Shown: positions 38,387 to 51,788 of the stretch, in pieces
Layout of the letters: each line of letters begins with the position of its first letter
Position numbering within the stretch: the first letter of the stretch is position 1
Assembly (NCBI GenBank): GCA_964016885.1
Contig: OZ024750.1
Location: 54,064,001 to 54,128,000 of the forward strand
Length of the DNA stretch: 64,000 bases
Reading direction: 5' to 3'
From: Eledone cirrhosa
Taxonomy: Eukaryota
The notes under the pieces: generated by a model
What the model saw: the letters and a program-made list of their open reading frames with translations, nothing else
Databases searched by the model: none
What the model was told of the DNA's origin: nothing
Translations under genes and position numbers: made by a program

Positions 38387-41300
38387 ATCATCATCATTTT
38401 ACGTCCGCTCTTCCCTACTTGCAGGGGTGGGACGGGTCTTATTCAGCACAGCATCTCTCCACTTGTCACGGTACTTCGTCATCTACACCGTGAGCTTCAG
38501 CGATCTGAGGTCTGTTCTCACCACCTCTGCCCATATTTTTTGTGGTCTACCTCTACCACGTCTGCCTTCAACTGGCATTTCCTGGCACTTCTTCACCCAG
38601 CGGTCATCCTCCATGCGCATCACATGTCCATACCACCTCAGTCTCCTCTCTCGCACACTACATTCTATCCCTCTCAGACACAGTTTCTCTCTCAACACAT
38701 CCATGCTGGGTCATTCATGCACATTGACATTGCACATCCAACGGAGCATGCTTGCCTCATTTCTCTCCAGCTGTCGCATATCCTCTGCAGTTGCTGCCCA
38801 TGTCTCACTACCATGCAGCATCACGCTTCTCACACAGGCATCATATAACCGGCCTTTCGTACGCAGGGAGAAACCCTTCTTCGTCAGCAGAGGAAGCAGC
38901 TCCCTAAACTTCTTCCAACCCATCCTTATTCTAGATACTATGACCTCGGAACCCCCCCCCCCATGCTAATTTGATCTCCTAGGTACCGGAAGCTATCCAC
39001 CACTTCTATAGCACCCGCCTGCATTTGAAAAATGTGTCTATCATTGTCTAATTTCCCTGTACATCTACTGCATACATATTTCTCCCTACTTGTTAGTTTG
39101 CCTGCTATCCCGCTACATCTCTTGTGTACCCAGGATCTGCATTGTGTGCATTTTATAGAATTTATGCCAGTTCCTTTTCTGCATATCGAACATGGCCATT
39201 TCCCTGACGGAATCAGAGTTTTGTCCTCTTTTTTACTCATCAACACTTTTGTCTTATCTAGGTTCACTCTCAGTCCTCTTGCTTCCAACTGCTGTTTCCA
39301 TAGCCAGAATTTATTCTCTAGCTCCTGTACTGATTCTGCTATAAGAACCAGATCGTCAGCATAGAGAAGTTCCTATGGACAGCCAGTCTTAAACTCCTCT
39401 GTTATGGCTTGGAGGACTATAATGAACAAGAGCGGGCTGAGGACCGAACCTTGATGTACTCCTACTTGTATCTGGAATTCCTCACTAAACTATATTCCTA
39501 CCCTGACTTTACTGACAGTACCTCTGTATAAAGTTTGCACTGTCCTCACAAGCCATTCCTCAACACCTAGTTTCCTTAGGGACCACCAGATGACAGATCA
39601 GGGTACCCTATCAAAGGCCTTCTCTAGGTCAACAAAGGCTAAGTATAGTGGCTTATTTTTCTGTAAGAACCTCTCTTGTAATTGTCTCACCAAGAAGAGG
39701 GCATCTGTTGTACTCTTCCCAGGCACAAAACCAAACTGCATCTCATCTAGTTTGACCCTTTCTCTAATTAGTTGTGTTAATATCCTTTCTGCCACTTTCA
39801 TAACCTGATCCATCAGTTTTATACCCCTATAATTGCTCCTCTCCAGAGCATCCCCTTTACCTTTGTAGCAATTTATGAGAATACTGCTGCACCAGTCTTT
39901 GGGTATGACACCACCAAATATAGCCTGATTGATGATGCGTGCCTTCAGCATCTCAGCAACTATCCCCGGTGGTCCAGCAGCCTTACCATTTTTCATTTCC
40001 TTAATCGCCTCGTGGACCCTATATTCGTCAATCACAATAGCTGGTCCCTCTGTCGGATCTACTGAGGGTAATTTCTCTCTCTCCCATTCGTTCTCCACAT
40101 TCATCAGTCTCTCATAATGACATTTCCAGGCCTCCTTTTTCTGATCATTCGTGACACTAAGTACACCGGCATCATTCCGGACACATTTATCTCCAACAAC
40201 ATCCTGATTTGCATTAACACACTGCCTTGCAATGTGGAACACCGCACGCCTCTGATCTTCCCGTCGCAGAACATTGGCAAACCTCCTACTCTCAGCCTCC
40301 CTGCGTGCTAAGTACACCTGACGTCTAGCTTCTCTCTTAGTGGCTGTATATTCTTCCCTACTCCCACCCTTTTTCCTAGTCTTTTGTCTCTAATGGCCCT
40401 ATCTACTCTGCTGTTCCACCACCAGGTCACTCTCTGTCTGGTTGGAACTCTGCTCCAGGCACAAGTTTTTTCAGTAGCCTGCAGTAAGTTGTCACGTAAG
40501 AAATTCCAATTATTATCTATGTCATACGTCTCTAAATCGTCTTCTTTTTCGTCATACACATCTTGAAGGGCTTTCCTAAATTTGTATTTTAGTGAAAGGT
40601 CTTTTAGCTTCCAGGCCTTTCTTCTCCACACCTTCCTGCATGTTTCATTCCATCTTTTGCTTACTGAGATATCACTAACCACTAACCTATGCTGTGGGGT
40701 ACACTCTTCCCCAGGGTATGCCTTGGTATTAGACACTATCTGCCTGTCCCGTTGCCTAACTAGTAAGAAGTCAATCTGGTTTATGTGCTTGCCAGATTTG
40801 TAGGTTATTAGGTGATTGGCAGGTTTCTGGAAGTTAGTGTTGCAAATAGTCAGTGTACTTGCATCACAAAATTCAAGAAGTCTCACTCCTTCTTCATTTC
40901 TTGAGCCGTAACCGTGCCCGCCATGTACCCCAGTGTAACCATCCTGGAGCTGTCCAACATGACCTTTGAAGTCCCCCTGCTAGCATAACGATGTCTCCGT
41001 CCTCTGTCATTGCGGTTGTTTGTAAAAGTTGCTCGTAAAAGCAGTCTTTCTCATCTTTGCCTAGGCCTGCTTGGGGAGCATGGGCAGAGATGATTGTCGG
41101 TAGTCTCCTGCCTACAACTAATATCAGCTTAATTATTCGATTACTATCTCGAACTACCTCTATTGTCTTATTGATCCATCTCTCAGCCAGGAAAATGCCT
41201 ACTCCCTCTAACCCATCATCCTTACCTACCCAGAAAAGCTTATAGCTAAGATGTTTGCCTACGACTAGTCTCGCAGAGGCACCTCTCCATCTCACCTCTT

Positions 41301-41600
41301 GCACGCAGCACACATCCACATGCCTTCTCTCCAGCATCTCCACTATTTCAGCAGATCTACCTCTGACAGTTCCAACATTAAGTGTTGCAACTCTGAGATG
41401 CGACATCTTCATATTTTGTTGTTGTTCCTATCTATTTGTTGCTGTGCTGCTAAGCGTTTTGGCATTGATACACTGGTTGGATGCCCTTCCTAACACCAGC
41501 GCCACTTTATAGCATGGACTGGCTGCTTTTATTTGTGCCACCAGCACTAGAGAGGATATCTTACTAGACTCAAGGGCCCTCTCTACCCCTCCATTTTACA
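38387..41600 (-). mobile_element. Near full-length RTE-clade LINE (AP endonuclease plus RT), inactivated by frameshifts and stops
   Basis: ATLNVGT, VCCVQEVRW, QIDFLL, PQHRLVV, NYRGIKL, QFGFVPGKSTTDA, FVDLEKAFDRV, QGSVLSPLLF, LLYADDLVL, MLHGSETW, LRWYGHV, GRGRPQK; (TGA)n tail. Confidence 0.95.
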
Positions 41601-41749
41601 GCATGGTCATAAAAAAAAAAAAAACACTTATTGATATGACGCGCACACACATACACTCACACACCAACACTCATGCATACAAACTACAAACACACACGCC
41701 ACTCACACACCAACACTCATGCATAAAAACACATGCATACATGCATACG

Positions 41750-41900
41750 GTGAGGGTTGGACACCATGTTTTCTAGCATAGTTATGTCCCTTTACAGTCT
41801 GAGTTCAAATCCCGCCGAGGTTAACTTTGCCTTTCATCGATAAAATAAAGTACCAGTAATGTACTGGGTAATTGCTGGTCTCATGCCTAAAGTAGAAACA
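41750..41900 (+). mobile_element. tRNA-derived SINE, 5'-truncated and internally deleted
   Basis: Same family as the 16633 copy. Confidence 0.8.
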
Positions 41901-42269
41901 ATTATTTATTATTTCTCAGGTCAAAAATGACTGTCTTAGTCTGGTTCGCAGCAGCAGTTATTTGGTCCAATTAAAACCCAGCAGCACATTGTATGATTTC
42001 ACTAATCCAAATTTCTATTGTAAATCCACTACTTCTGCTACTACTCCTCCTAAACGTAGACCTGGTTGTTGTTTCGTATGATGAATGGACTACAGAGATG
42101 GAGAGTCAGAGGACTCATAAAGATGAAGATGAATTCACCTCCCATCTGCGGATGACTACACAAACACTCCTCTTTATTTCAGGCATGGAAAACCCAAACC
42201 AGCATAAATCCATCTCCCACCCTTCCCCAAGCCTCCATCCCTTTCTTCCTCCTCCTCTCACCCAGTGAA

Positions 42270-45200
42270 CTCCATAACTTCAGAGTTGATACTAGTTGAG
42301 ACTAGATGGATGGGACGGTCAACTAGATACCTTGTGGGCGAAAAACGATGCTAAAAATTTTTCTGGGTGGGAAATGGCAATGGGTTGGGTGGTGTAGGAA
42401 TCATGTTAGCAGAAAAATGGGAAGATAAGGTAATTGCTGCAAATAGAACAACCGTGTCAGTTATATCTGCTTATGCATCCCAATCTGGTCTATCAGACGT
42501 TATAAAAGACAGGTTCTATGAGTCCCTAATGAACACTACTTCCCAAATAAATGGCAGTGACTACATAATTATTGCTGGTGACTTTAATGGGCATGTTGGA
42601 CAACACTGTGATGGTTACAATGGGATCCACAGAGGTTAGGGGTTTGGTACTAGAAATGAGGAAGGTTCCAGGATCCTGGAATTATGTGATGCAAATGACC
42701 TAATTATCTATAGCACAAACCTCAAAAACCCAGACAATCATTTGATCATCACTTATAGTTCAGGGGAGCACACAGCCAGATAGATTTTATCCTTACCAGA
42801 AGATGAGACAGAATGACTGTTATAAACACAAAGTCCCTTCCTCGTGAAGAATGCACCCCCCAAACATAGCCTAATAGTTAGTGACCTCATAGTCAAGACT
42901 AGACGTACTCAATGACAGAGGACAACCTTGAGGAGAAGAATGTGAAAGTTGAAGGACCCGACAGTCAGTAACAAATTTAGAAGTATGTTACTTGATGAGC
43001 AAATAAAGACATTGTGGGAATTCCTGAAAGATAACCTACTGAAGATGACAAATGAAATCTGAGGATGGAGCAGGTCTTTTGGGAGAAGGAGAGTACTTTG
43101 GTGGGGGAACAGTAGGGTGGAGTAAATAATTAAGGCCTGGAAAGAATGGGAGAAGGAGAGTACTTTGGTGGGAGAACAGTAGAGTGGAGGAGATAATTAC
43201 GGCCTGGAAAGAATGGGAGAAGGAGAGTACTTTGGTGGGGGAACAGTAGGGTGGAGGAGACAATTAAAGCCTGGAAAGAATGGGAGAAGGAGAGTACTTT
43301 GGTGGGGGAACAGTAGAGTGGAGGAGATTATTAAAGCCTGGAAAGAATGGGAGAAGGAGAGTACTTTGGTGGGGGAACAGTAGGGTGGAGTAAATAATTA
43401 AGGCCTGGAAAGAATGGGAGAAGGAGAGTACTTTGGTGGGGGAACAGTAGGGTGGAAGAGATAATTAAGGCCTGGAAAGAATGGGAGAAGGGGAGTACTT
43501 TGGTGGGGGAACAGTAGGGTGGAAGAGATAATTAAGGCCTGGAAAGAATGGGAGAAGGAGAGTACTTTGGTGGGGGAACAGTAGAGTGGAGGAGATTATT
43601 AAAGCCTGGAAAGAATGGGAGAAGGAGAGTACTTTGGTGGGGGAACAGTAGGGTGGAGTAAATAATTAAGGCCTGGAAAGAATGGGAGAAGGAGAGTACT
43701 TTGGTTGGGGAACAGTAGGGTGGAAGAGATAATTAAGGCCTGGAAAGAATGGGAGAAGGGGAGTACTTTGGTGGGGGAACAGTAGGGTGGAAGAGATAAT
43801 TAAGGCCTGGAAAGAATGGGAGAAGGAGAGTACTTTGGTGGGGGAACAGTAGGGTGGAAGAGATAATTAAGGCCTGGAAAGAATGGGAGAAGGAGAGTAC
43901 TTTGGTGGGGGAACAGTAGGGTGGAGGAGATAATTAAGGCCAGAAGGCGGGCTTGGAAAAAATGGCAGGATGAACAGTAAAGAACACTAACAAAAGGCTA
44001 GACGACAAGTGTACTTTACAAGAAGGGAAGCAGAAGATACAAATTTTAAGCATGTTTTGCAATGTGAGAACCAGAGGTGTGAGGTGTTCAGGATTGAGGA
44101 AATGTATCAAGGAATATTGTGATGTTGTTGGGGAGAAGTGTGCCTGCGATGATAACAGAGTACTTGCCTTCATTGATACTGATAAGAAGGTAGCATGGAA
44201 GTGCCACTATGAAAGACTACTAAATGAGGAGAATGAATGGGAAAAAGGTAGTTTTCCTCAAGTTGACCCAACAGAGGGACCAGCTGTGCTAGTTAGTAGT
44301 AGTATAGTAAGTAATGCAATCAAAGATATGAAGACAGGCAAGACAGCTGGGCCTTCAGAGATAGTTGCTGAGATGTTGAAAGCATCTGGAATGGTGGGAC
44401 ATACTATGGTCACCCGGATAGTAAACCAAGTAATACAGAATGGGGTCATACCAAATGACCGGCGTAGCATCATCATCATTAACTGCTGCAAGGGTAAAGG
44501 GGATACTCTAGATAGGGGAAACTATAGAAGATTAAGTTAGTTGATCAGGTCATGAAGGTCACAGAAGAGTTATAGCGCAACTAATCAGAGAGTGAATTGA
44601 TCTAGATGAAATGCAGTTTTGGTTTGTTCCAGGTAAAAGTACCACGGATGCTCTCTTCCTCATAAGGCAACTACAGAAGTGCCTAGCTAACAGTAAACTC
44701 CTCTACTTAGCTTTTGTTGACCTGGAGAAAGCTTTTGACAGAGTCTTCCGCTCCATTATCTGGTGGGCTCTTAGAAAACTAGGAGTAGATGAATGGCTTG
44801 TGAGAGCTATACAAACTATTCATCTACTCCTAGTATAAAGGAACAGTCAGCAAGGTTAGAATTAACAATGAATATAGTGAAGAATTTAGCATAAAAGTAG
44901 GTATTCACCAAGGCTCCATCCTTCACCTCAGGCAAATGGCCATGCTCAGTGTGTAGGAAAGGAGTAAGTAGAAATTCCATTCTATATCCCAAATGCAAGC
45001 TATGGGTACATAAAAGATGTAGGGTGATCACAGCGAGGTTATCAAAGAATGTAGGTTTTATATGTAGCTGATGCTCAGGTGCAGTATGTAGCAAGTCCCC
45101 ACTCGATACTAGCTCCTTCAAATGCCCAGATGGTTCTATAGAAATAGTTGACACTTTCCGTTACCTGGGTTATGAAATCAGCAGTGGAGAAGGGTGTTCT

Positions 45201-45660
45201 GAAAGTACAGCAACTAAAGTTAGAACGGGGTGGAAAAAGTTCAGAGAGCTAATACTACTGTTGACCACAAAGGGTTTTCCTCTAAAAATGAAAGGCAGAT
45301 TGTATGATGCTTGTATACGAATGGCAATATTACATGGTAGTGAGACATGGGCATTGTGTGAAGAGGACCTGCAAAATTTTGAAAGAAATGGAGCACGCAT
45401 GTGTAATATTAATATATATGAATGGCAAAGTGTAAATGAAATTAGGTATAAGAGGGATCAGATGCAGTATGCTAGAGAGGAGATTGTGTTGGTATGGTCA
45501 TGTGATGTGTATGAAGGATGACAGCTGTATAAAAAGATGCAGGATGATCAAAATTGATGGAATCTACGGAGTAGGAAGACCAAGGATGAGGTGATAAAAG
45601 CTGACCTTGCACAATTGCATCTCTCAAAGACAATGACACAGGATTGAGATCTTTGGTGTT
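42270..45660 (+). mobile_element. Decayed RTE LINE related to 38387-41600, in opposite orientation
   Basis: GVGIMLAEKW, AGDFNGHVG, WKCHYERLLNEENEW, FVDLEKAFDRV, GKWPCSVC, LHGSETW; the YADD region is deleted. Confidence 0.9.
43080..43940. repeat. 67-bp minisatellite, about 13 copies, inside the RTE ORF
   Basis: Unit gggagaaggagagtactttggtgggggaacagtagggtggaagagataattaaggcctggaaagaat (43081, 43148 and onward). Confidence 0.95.
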
Positions 45661-47321
45661 ATACAGAAGACTCGCCCTCCCTTGTGCACAGACTCAAACA
45701 TACATCCAGTAGACACCTCTTAACCACTTAATCCACTATAGCCCCTTACATACACAACCCTCCCACTTCTGTCCACACCACCCTTACATTGTAAAGTTAT
45801 ATCGGTATCAGAAAAAGCACCCAGCCTACTCTGTAAATGTGGGTGGCATTAGGAAGAGCATCCAGCTGTAGAAATCTAGCCAAAACGGTTCTATATGAAT
45901 AAGTCACGGTCACCTGACCCAACTTTCCTCTAATGGGACAAACGTGTTTAACCCATGCTAGCATGGTAATGGATGTTAAACGATGATGATGACACACACA
46001 CACATATATATATATACATACATATATGAACATATATTGCTTGCTGCTCAGCCCTACAACTACTTTGACGCTAAACTCCGCCAGTTGCAGACTGCACATC
46101 AACATGTGATATCTCTCTCCACAAAGTTCGATCACCAACAGCAGAGTTCAAAGAGCAAAGATCACGTCCAGTCCATAGATTGACATTATGAAGCCATTGT
46201 TTTGGCTGCCAGCCTCTGCTTCTCTTACCAGCCAACCTACTCACACCACGAGTTGATCTTTTTATATGACCGTACAGTTTGAGTACTCTTGACTTGACAA
46301 TTGATGTAATTAGTCTAAGTTTGGTAATGTTGAGTAGCTCACTGATACAGATACAGTCGCTGAGTTATTCTCAGTCATAAGTGTCATGATGTGGTTCTGG
46401 AATGTAGAGAGTTTCTGAAGTGACCTTGTCGTTCAATTTGAAGGCTAAGATCTTTGATACTTACTTCCTACCAGTTGTGTTATATGGTCTTGATTGTGTT
46501 AATTGGATGACAAGGTCACTTTAGAAGCTCTCAGCCCTGTTAGCCTGACTTTGTTACTCTCACTCATTGACCTAGTTAGATCAAACCTTGTATTAACCAT
46601 TCTATTCCACTGTATTATAAATGCAATCGAGAATTAATGGGAGAAATATATATTTAGTGTATATAAACGGGAAAGTTGCAGATCATATTTTTCACTTCAC
46701 AGAATGACTAACTTCTATGTTGTTGAAGTATTCAACCTCTGGGAGATCTCATGATGTTTTGATGTTTTAGAACTATGTGACAAATAAAAACATTCCACAT
46801 ATGGGCCCATCTTGTTTGAATGAAGAAATAGGAAGAAAGTAAAAGAAGACTACTTCAGGTTTTTTTTCATTGTTTACTCAAGGAGGGAAGGGACAATGCC
46901 AATGACCTTTTTCAGGGCTTCCTAGGCTGATGTGTAGTATGTATGAAGATGTTTCCAAAACCAGAGATCTGGTTCTAAGCCTTAGAACAAAGTGGATGCT
47001 GCTAAAAACGTCCAAGGACTATGTGGTGAGGATGTATGATCTAGTGATTAGGATGTTGGGCTCACAATCATAAGGTCATAGGTTTGATTCCTTGACCAGG
47101 TGGCTATTTATGTTCTTGAGCAAAAGGTTTCATTCATGTTGCTTTTCATGATACAACTAGACACCTCTCCCTGCTTATAATTAAAACATCCAAGAAACCC
47201 CCTATGAGATGCAACCTCTGAGGAGGACGGCTAAACCTTCATAGGTGTGAACTGTAAATTATATTTCAAGATCCAGGGGATGATGCTAAACCAGATGATG
47301 GAGGAAGTCTCCTGTCCAAAT

Positions 47322-47472
47322 ATTAAGTCCACTGCTCAATGTTAAGACCACTGTCCAAGATTAAGACCACTGCTCAAAAGTAAGACCACTGCTCAATTTT
47401 AAAACCACTGTCCAAGTTTTAAGTTCAATGCACAAAGGTTAAGTCTACCACCCAAGTTTTAAACCTACCACC
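47322..47472. repeat. Degenerate 19-bp tandem repeat, about 8 copies
   Basis: taagaccactgctcaa-like units. Confidence 0.75.
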
Positions 47473-47910
47473 TTGAATTAATGAGATTAATCCTTCTGAT
47501 ACCACCAGAAACTACTCTTGGTTTTATATTACAAATTCATTTGTTTAAAAGTGTTCATATTTAAATTCAAATCTACTATCATGGTTTTGTCTGAGAAGAT
47601 TTTGTTAGGTTCCAAACATCAGCTTCAAGATAAAAAAGTTATTTAATTAAATCCTTAAAAATTCTTGATTACTTACAAAATAAATTGAAAATTGCAAGCA
47701 GCATATTCCATTAGAAATATTGTAATGATATGGTTAAAACCAATTAAAACTAGTCAGGAATTTCCCAATAAAATGTGATTCCATCTGACTCATAATTAAA
47801 TTCTAATCACCTGGCACCAAACTTTCCTAGCAACAAATTATTTCAAAGAAAATTTGACTCAATAACATCATCACCATCAACATTACCAACATCACCACAA
47901 TCATCACCAG

Positions 47911-48561
47911 CAACGTGGGGATTCCGTCATAGCCATCACAATGTTGTCCAATACGAGGATTCCGTCATAGCCATCACAATGTTGTCCAACGCGAGGATTC
48001 CGTCATAGCCATCACAATGTTGTCCAACGCCAGGATTCCGTCATAGCCATCACAATGTTGTCCAACGCGAGATTCCGTCATAGCCATCACAATGTTGTCC
48101 AACGCCAGGATTCCGTCATAGCCATCACAATGTTGTCCAACGCGAGGATTCCGTCATAGCCATCACAATGTTGTCCAACGCGAGGATTCCGTCATAGCCA
48201 TCACAATGTTGTCCAACGCCAGGATTCCGTCATAGCCATCACAATGTTGTCCAACGCGAGGATTCCGTCATAGCCATCACAATGTTGTCCAACGCCAGGA
48301 TTCCGTCATAGCCATCACAATGTTGTCCAACGCCAGGATTCCGTCATAGCCATCACAATGTTGTCCAACGCCAGGATTCCGTCATAGCCATCACAATGTT
48401 GTCCAACGCCAGGATTCCATCATAGCCATCACAATGTTGTCCAACGCCAGGATTCCGTCATAGCCATCACAATGTTGTCCAACGCGAGATTCCGTCATAG
48501 CCATCACAATGTTGTCCAACGCGAGGATTCCGTCATAGCCATCACAATGTTGTCCAACGTG
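47911..48561. repeat. 38-bp minisatellite, about 17 copies, derived from RTE AP-endonuclease sequence
   Basis: Unit gattccgtcatagccatcacaatgttgtccaacgc(g/c)ag. Minus strand encodes VGQHCDGYDGI and continues into DYIIIAGHLNGH (48560-48700), matching 42560-42630. Confidence 0.95.
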
Positions 48562-48879
48562 ACCATTTAGGTGTCCAGCAATAATTATGTAGTCACTGTC
48601 GGTTATTTGGGCAGTAGTGAGCATTAACTACTCATAGAACCTATCTTTTATAACGTCAGGTAGACCAGATTGGGCTGAATAAACGGATGTTATTGTCACA
48701 ATAATGTGTGTATATATATTATAGCAAATAAATAAAATTAAAAGGAATATTTACATATAATTTATTATTGCTAGGCCCCTTATAAATATAATACACAAAA
48801 ATATCTAATCAAAGCGAAAAAGGAAAAAAAAGCCACCAATTCAACACCCACTAAATCAGTCACCATAAGGACATACTTC

Positions 48880-49885
48880 TCCTCCACCCCCAGCCAGCCA
48901 TCTTAGGTCAGCTCATGAGACTCCTACCGATTGGTTTTGCTCATAAAATCTGTCCAGCAATTCTTTCCTGAGACATTCTAACCACATGCTCATAGTATTG
49001 GAGTTGTGATCTCTCAATTCGGAGAAGTAGTGACTTTACCTTCAGTGACTCCCTCATCTCTGAGCCATGCACTCTAATGTTACTCCAAAGACCCTTCAGA
49101 GGAACCCCATTTTGGCTGCTTGTATTGTGGTATAAGACCACCAAAATTGCAATATGGTGTGAGGAACGAAAGTGAACCATACCGCATCACCCTTCACACA
49201 CGTTAAGAAAAGACGCATTCAGGTTGTTGATAGAGGGGCCTGTTTGAAAAATATATTGCAGTCTCCATTTCATGCTGCAAAAACTGGTGATGGGCCTGCT
49301 ACCTATCCTGGGAGGCGTGAGATGGACACACAAAGATTGCATATCCCAAGACACAAAAAGGGTTCGAAAGGAAGCAATTGGAACTTGGAGCATCACAACC
49401 CTTACAGGTAAGGAGTAGGAACAAGTGGAAGAGTCTAGATTCTACCGGCTAAATATAAACAGGGTTTCCTCAACAAAGTTCCATGGCTCTGTAGATTTGG
49501 ATGGGGGATGGAAACTCCACTATTCACGTGTGGTGCCCAAAATGTCTGTCAGAATGTGTTATTGACTGGATCCCATTAGGTGGGAGGGTTTGCCTCTTGA
49601 AGCTTAGGCTGAAAGATAGGTCTCTGGAAAGGAGTGATTGAAGGGAATGGTGACCCTGATCTAAATATGAATGGAGAGGCCTTACTAGACTTCTGTTCTA
49701 CCACTGGACTCTCTATTATAAACACCTTCTTCCAGCACAGAGACATCCATAAATATACATGGTATAAGTGGAATCAGGGACAGAGATCAATAATTGATTT
49801 TGTTATTGTCTCTGATCTCTTAGATTCTGTGATGGATGTTAAAAGAGAGGCTGATCACCATCTTGTTATCTGCAACTTGAGATTA
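48880..49885. mobile_element. RTE (Expander/Rex3-like) fragments: 3' piece on minus, 5' endonuclease piece on plus
   Basis: LLRIERSQLQYYEHV (-); IGTWSITTL, GEALLDFC..GLSIINTFFQHRDIHKYTW...SIIDFV (+). Confidence 0.8.
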
Positions 49886-50339
49886 AAAATATATTTAAGT
49901 GGAAATTGCATAACTATAATGTAGTGGGTGGAATGGTGGTGTGGATAGTTGGTTGCATGTGTACTCACTTGTAGAGTGCTGAGTTGTACGGTCGTTGTTG
50001 TGTGATACAGTGTGACCAGAGATTGTATGTGTGAAGGTGAGTAAGTAAATGTTCATTAAGATGATGATGATATGATAGTTCCTTGATCACACAGAAAATG
50101 AATATATATAAAAAAAAAAACATGAAAATGCAAAGCCATTATGCTACTAATTTATTAAGCATATAACTTATGCTGAAGCTATATGAAAAGGCACTAAGAG
50201 TAAATAAACACAGATGAATTGATGTTATTGTCAAGATGTGTATGAGTTTTTGTTTGTTTGTAAAAATTATTATTGAAGTTGTATTTACCAAAACTTCATT
50301 GATGCGTTGAACTTCACTGGCTTGGTCGAGAGAGAGGGT

Positions 50340-50342
<3 letters not shown>

Positions 50343-50390
<48 letters not shown>
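50343..50390. repeat. (GA)n microsatellite
   Basis: Directly visible. Confidence 0.95.
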
Positions 50391-50392
<2 letters not shown>

Positions 50393-51788
50393 AGTAAGAT
50401 CCAAAGGTCTGTTTTTAGAATTAAACATTCCAACTGCTCTGGCTGTCTGAGAGCAGGCTATTTATGAATGTCAATTCCTTTGTCTCCCAGACTTGAGAAG
50501 AAGCCGATGACTTTTGATATCTCAAAATCTCAGACATATTGGGCCTCAAAAGCCATTCAGAATGTGAACTTATGCAGCCATAGAGGCCAGCTTCCCTAGT
50601 GGCTGGTTTGACAGTGTAAAAAAACAACTCCATTAAAAATAGCAATAAATTACTGCTACAGCAGAATTATCAGATTTAGCTCGGTGAGGTGGGTGAAGCG
50701 ACCAGCATTCAGATGGCAGGACAAACCATGGAGGCCTGTGGAGTAGAGGGACCTACCACAGCGACATTTCAGACATAGGGTCCCACATGGAGTGCAATGG
50801 AGATATGGTGCTCATCCAGACCGAGAAGACCACCAATGTTGACTACAGGCAAAAACTGACAAACCTAGCTCTCTCTGCAGTAGTAAAGCTTCATCCATCT
50901 CCCTAGTGGAACAAGTGTAAAAGTGCTATTGTGAGAGACTGTTGAATGAGAAAAATACAGGAGAAGAGGAAGGGCTACCCCCTTTAAAAGTAATCTATGT
51001 GATTCATTGTTATAGAAATCACATTACGTTCCTGTAGAAAATCTGACACTATCCATTACTAACATGAAATTGGAAAATATGGTGAACAAATTGCCAAGTT
51101 TGTGTTCAGCTTAGATATTGAAAATATTCAGTAAATGAATGCATTAACGACAGAGCTAAATACAATAATAGTTTCAAATTTAGGTGCAGGGACAGCAATT
51201 TCGGAGTTATTGATTGGTACTTTGTTTTATTGACCTCGGAAAAATGAAAAGCAATGTTGACTTTGATGGGATTTAAACTCGGAACATAAAGAGCCGGAAG
51301 AAGAAATGCTACTGCAAGGCATTTTGACCGATGTTCTAATGATTCCGCCCTAATAACTTTCTTAAAAATTGATTTTTTTTAAATTAAATTTTGCAGAAAA
51401 GGGTTTTTGTGGGTGTAGATTATGATTGTTATATACCAACTGAAACAACCCATGTACATTATATAAGTTAGTTTTTAGCAGAAACGGTAGAATATAAACT
51501 TGAAAGAGATTTTTTTTTTCTTCAATTTAATACACCAGTATTTTTACAATAGCTTCCAGATCGAATGAACTAGATGGTCTCAATACAAAGTTAACTGATA
51601 CACCCAATGACTATCTGTATTGGAGTAAACATTTATAGTTTACTGGTTGACCTTCCAGTACATTTTTTTTTGTTATTGAGTCCTTTGTTGGACTTGCTGG
51701 GAGGTTTTTTTTATTTCTATTGTATGTGAACACTATCAAACAGGAATCTAGCCAAATACAAACGTAGTTAAAAATGGGGTACATTTTT

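Noticed and set aside
39050-39205. Host PHD-finger gene exon
   Set aside because: In frame with the RTE RT and present in both RTE copies.
50421-50645. 74-aa ORF as a possible exon
   Set aside because: No recognisable motif or convincing splice sites.
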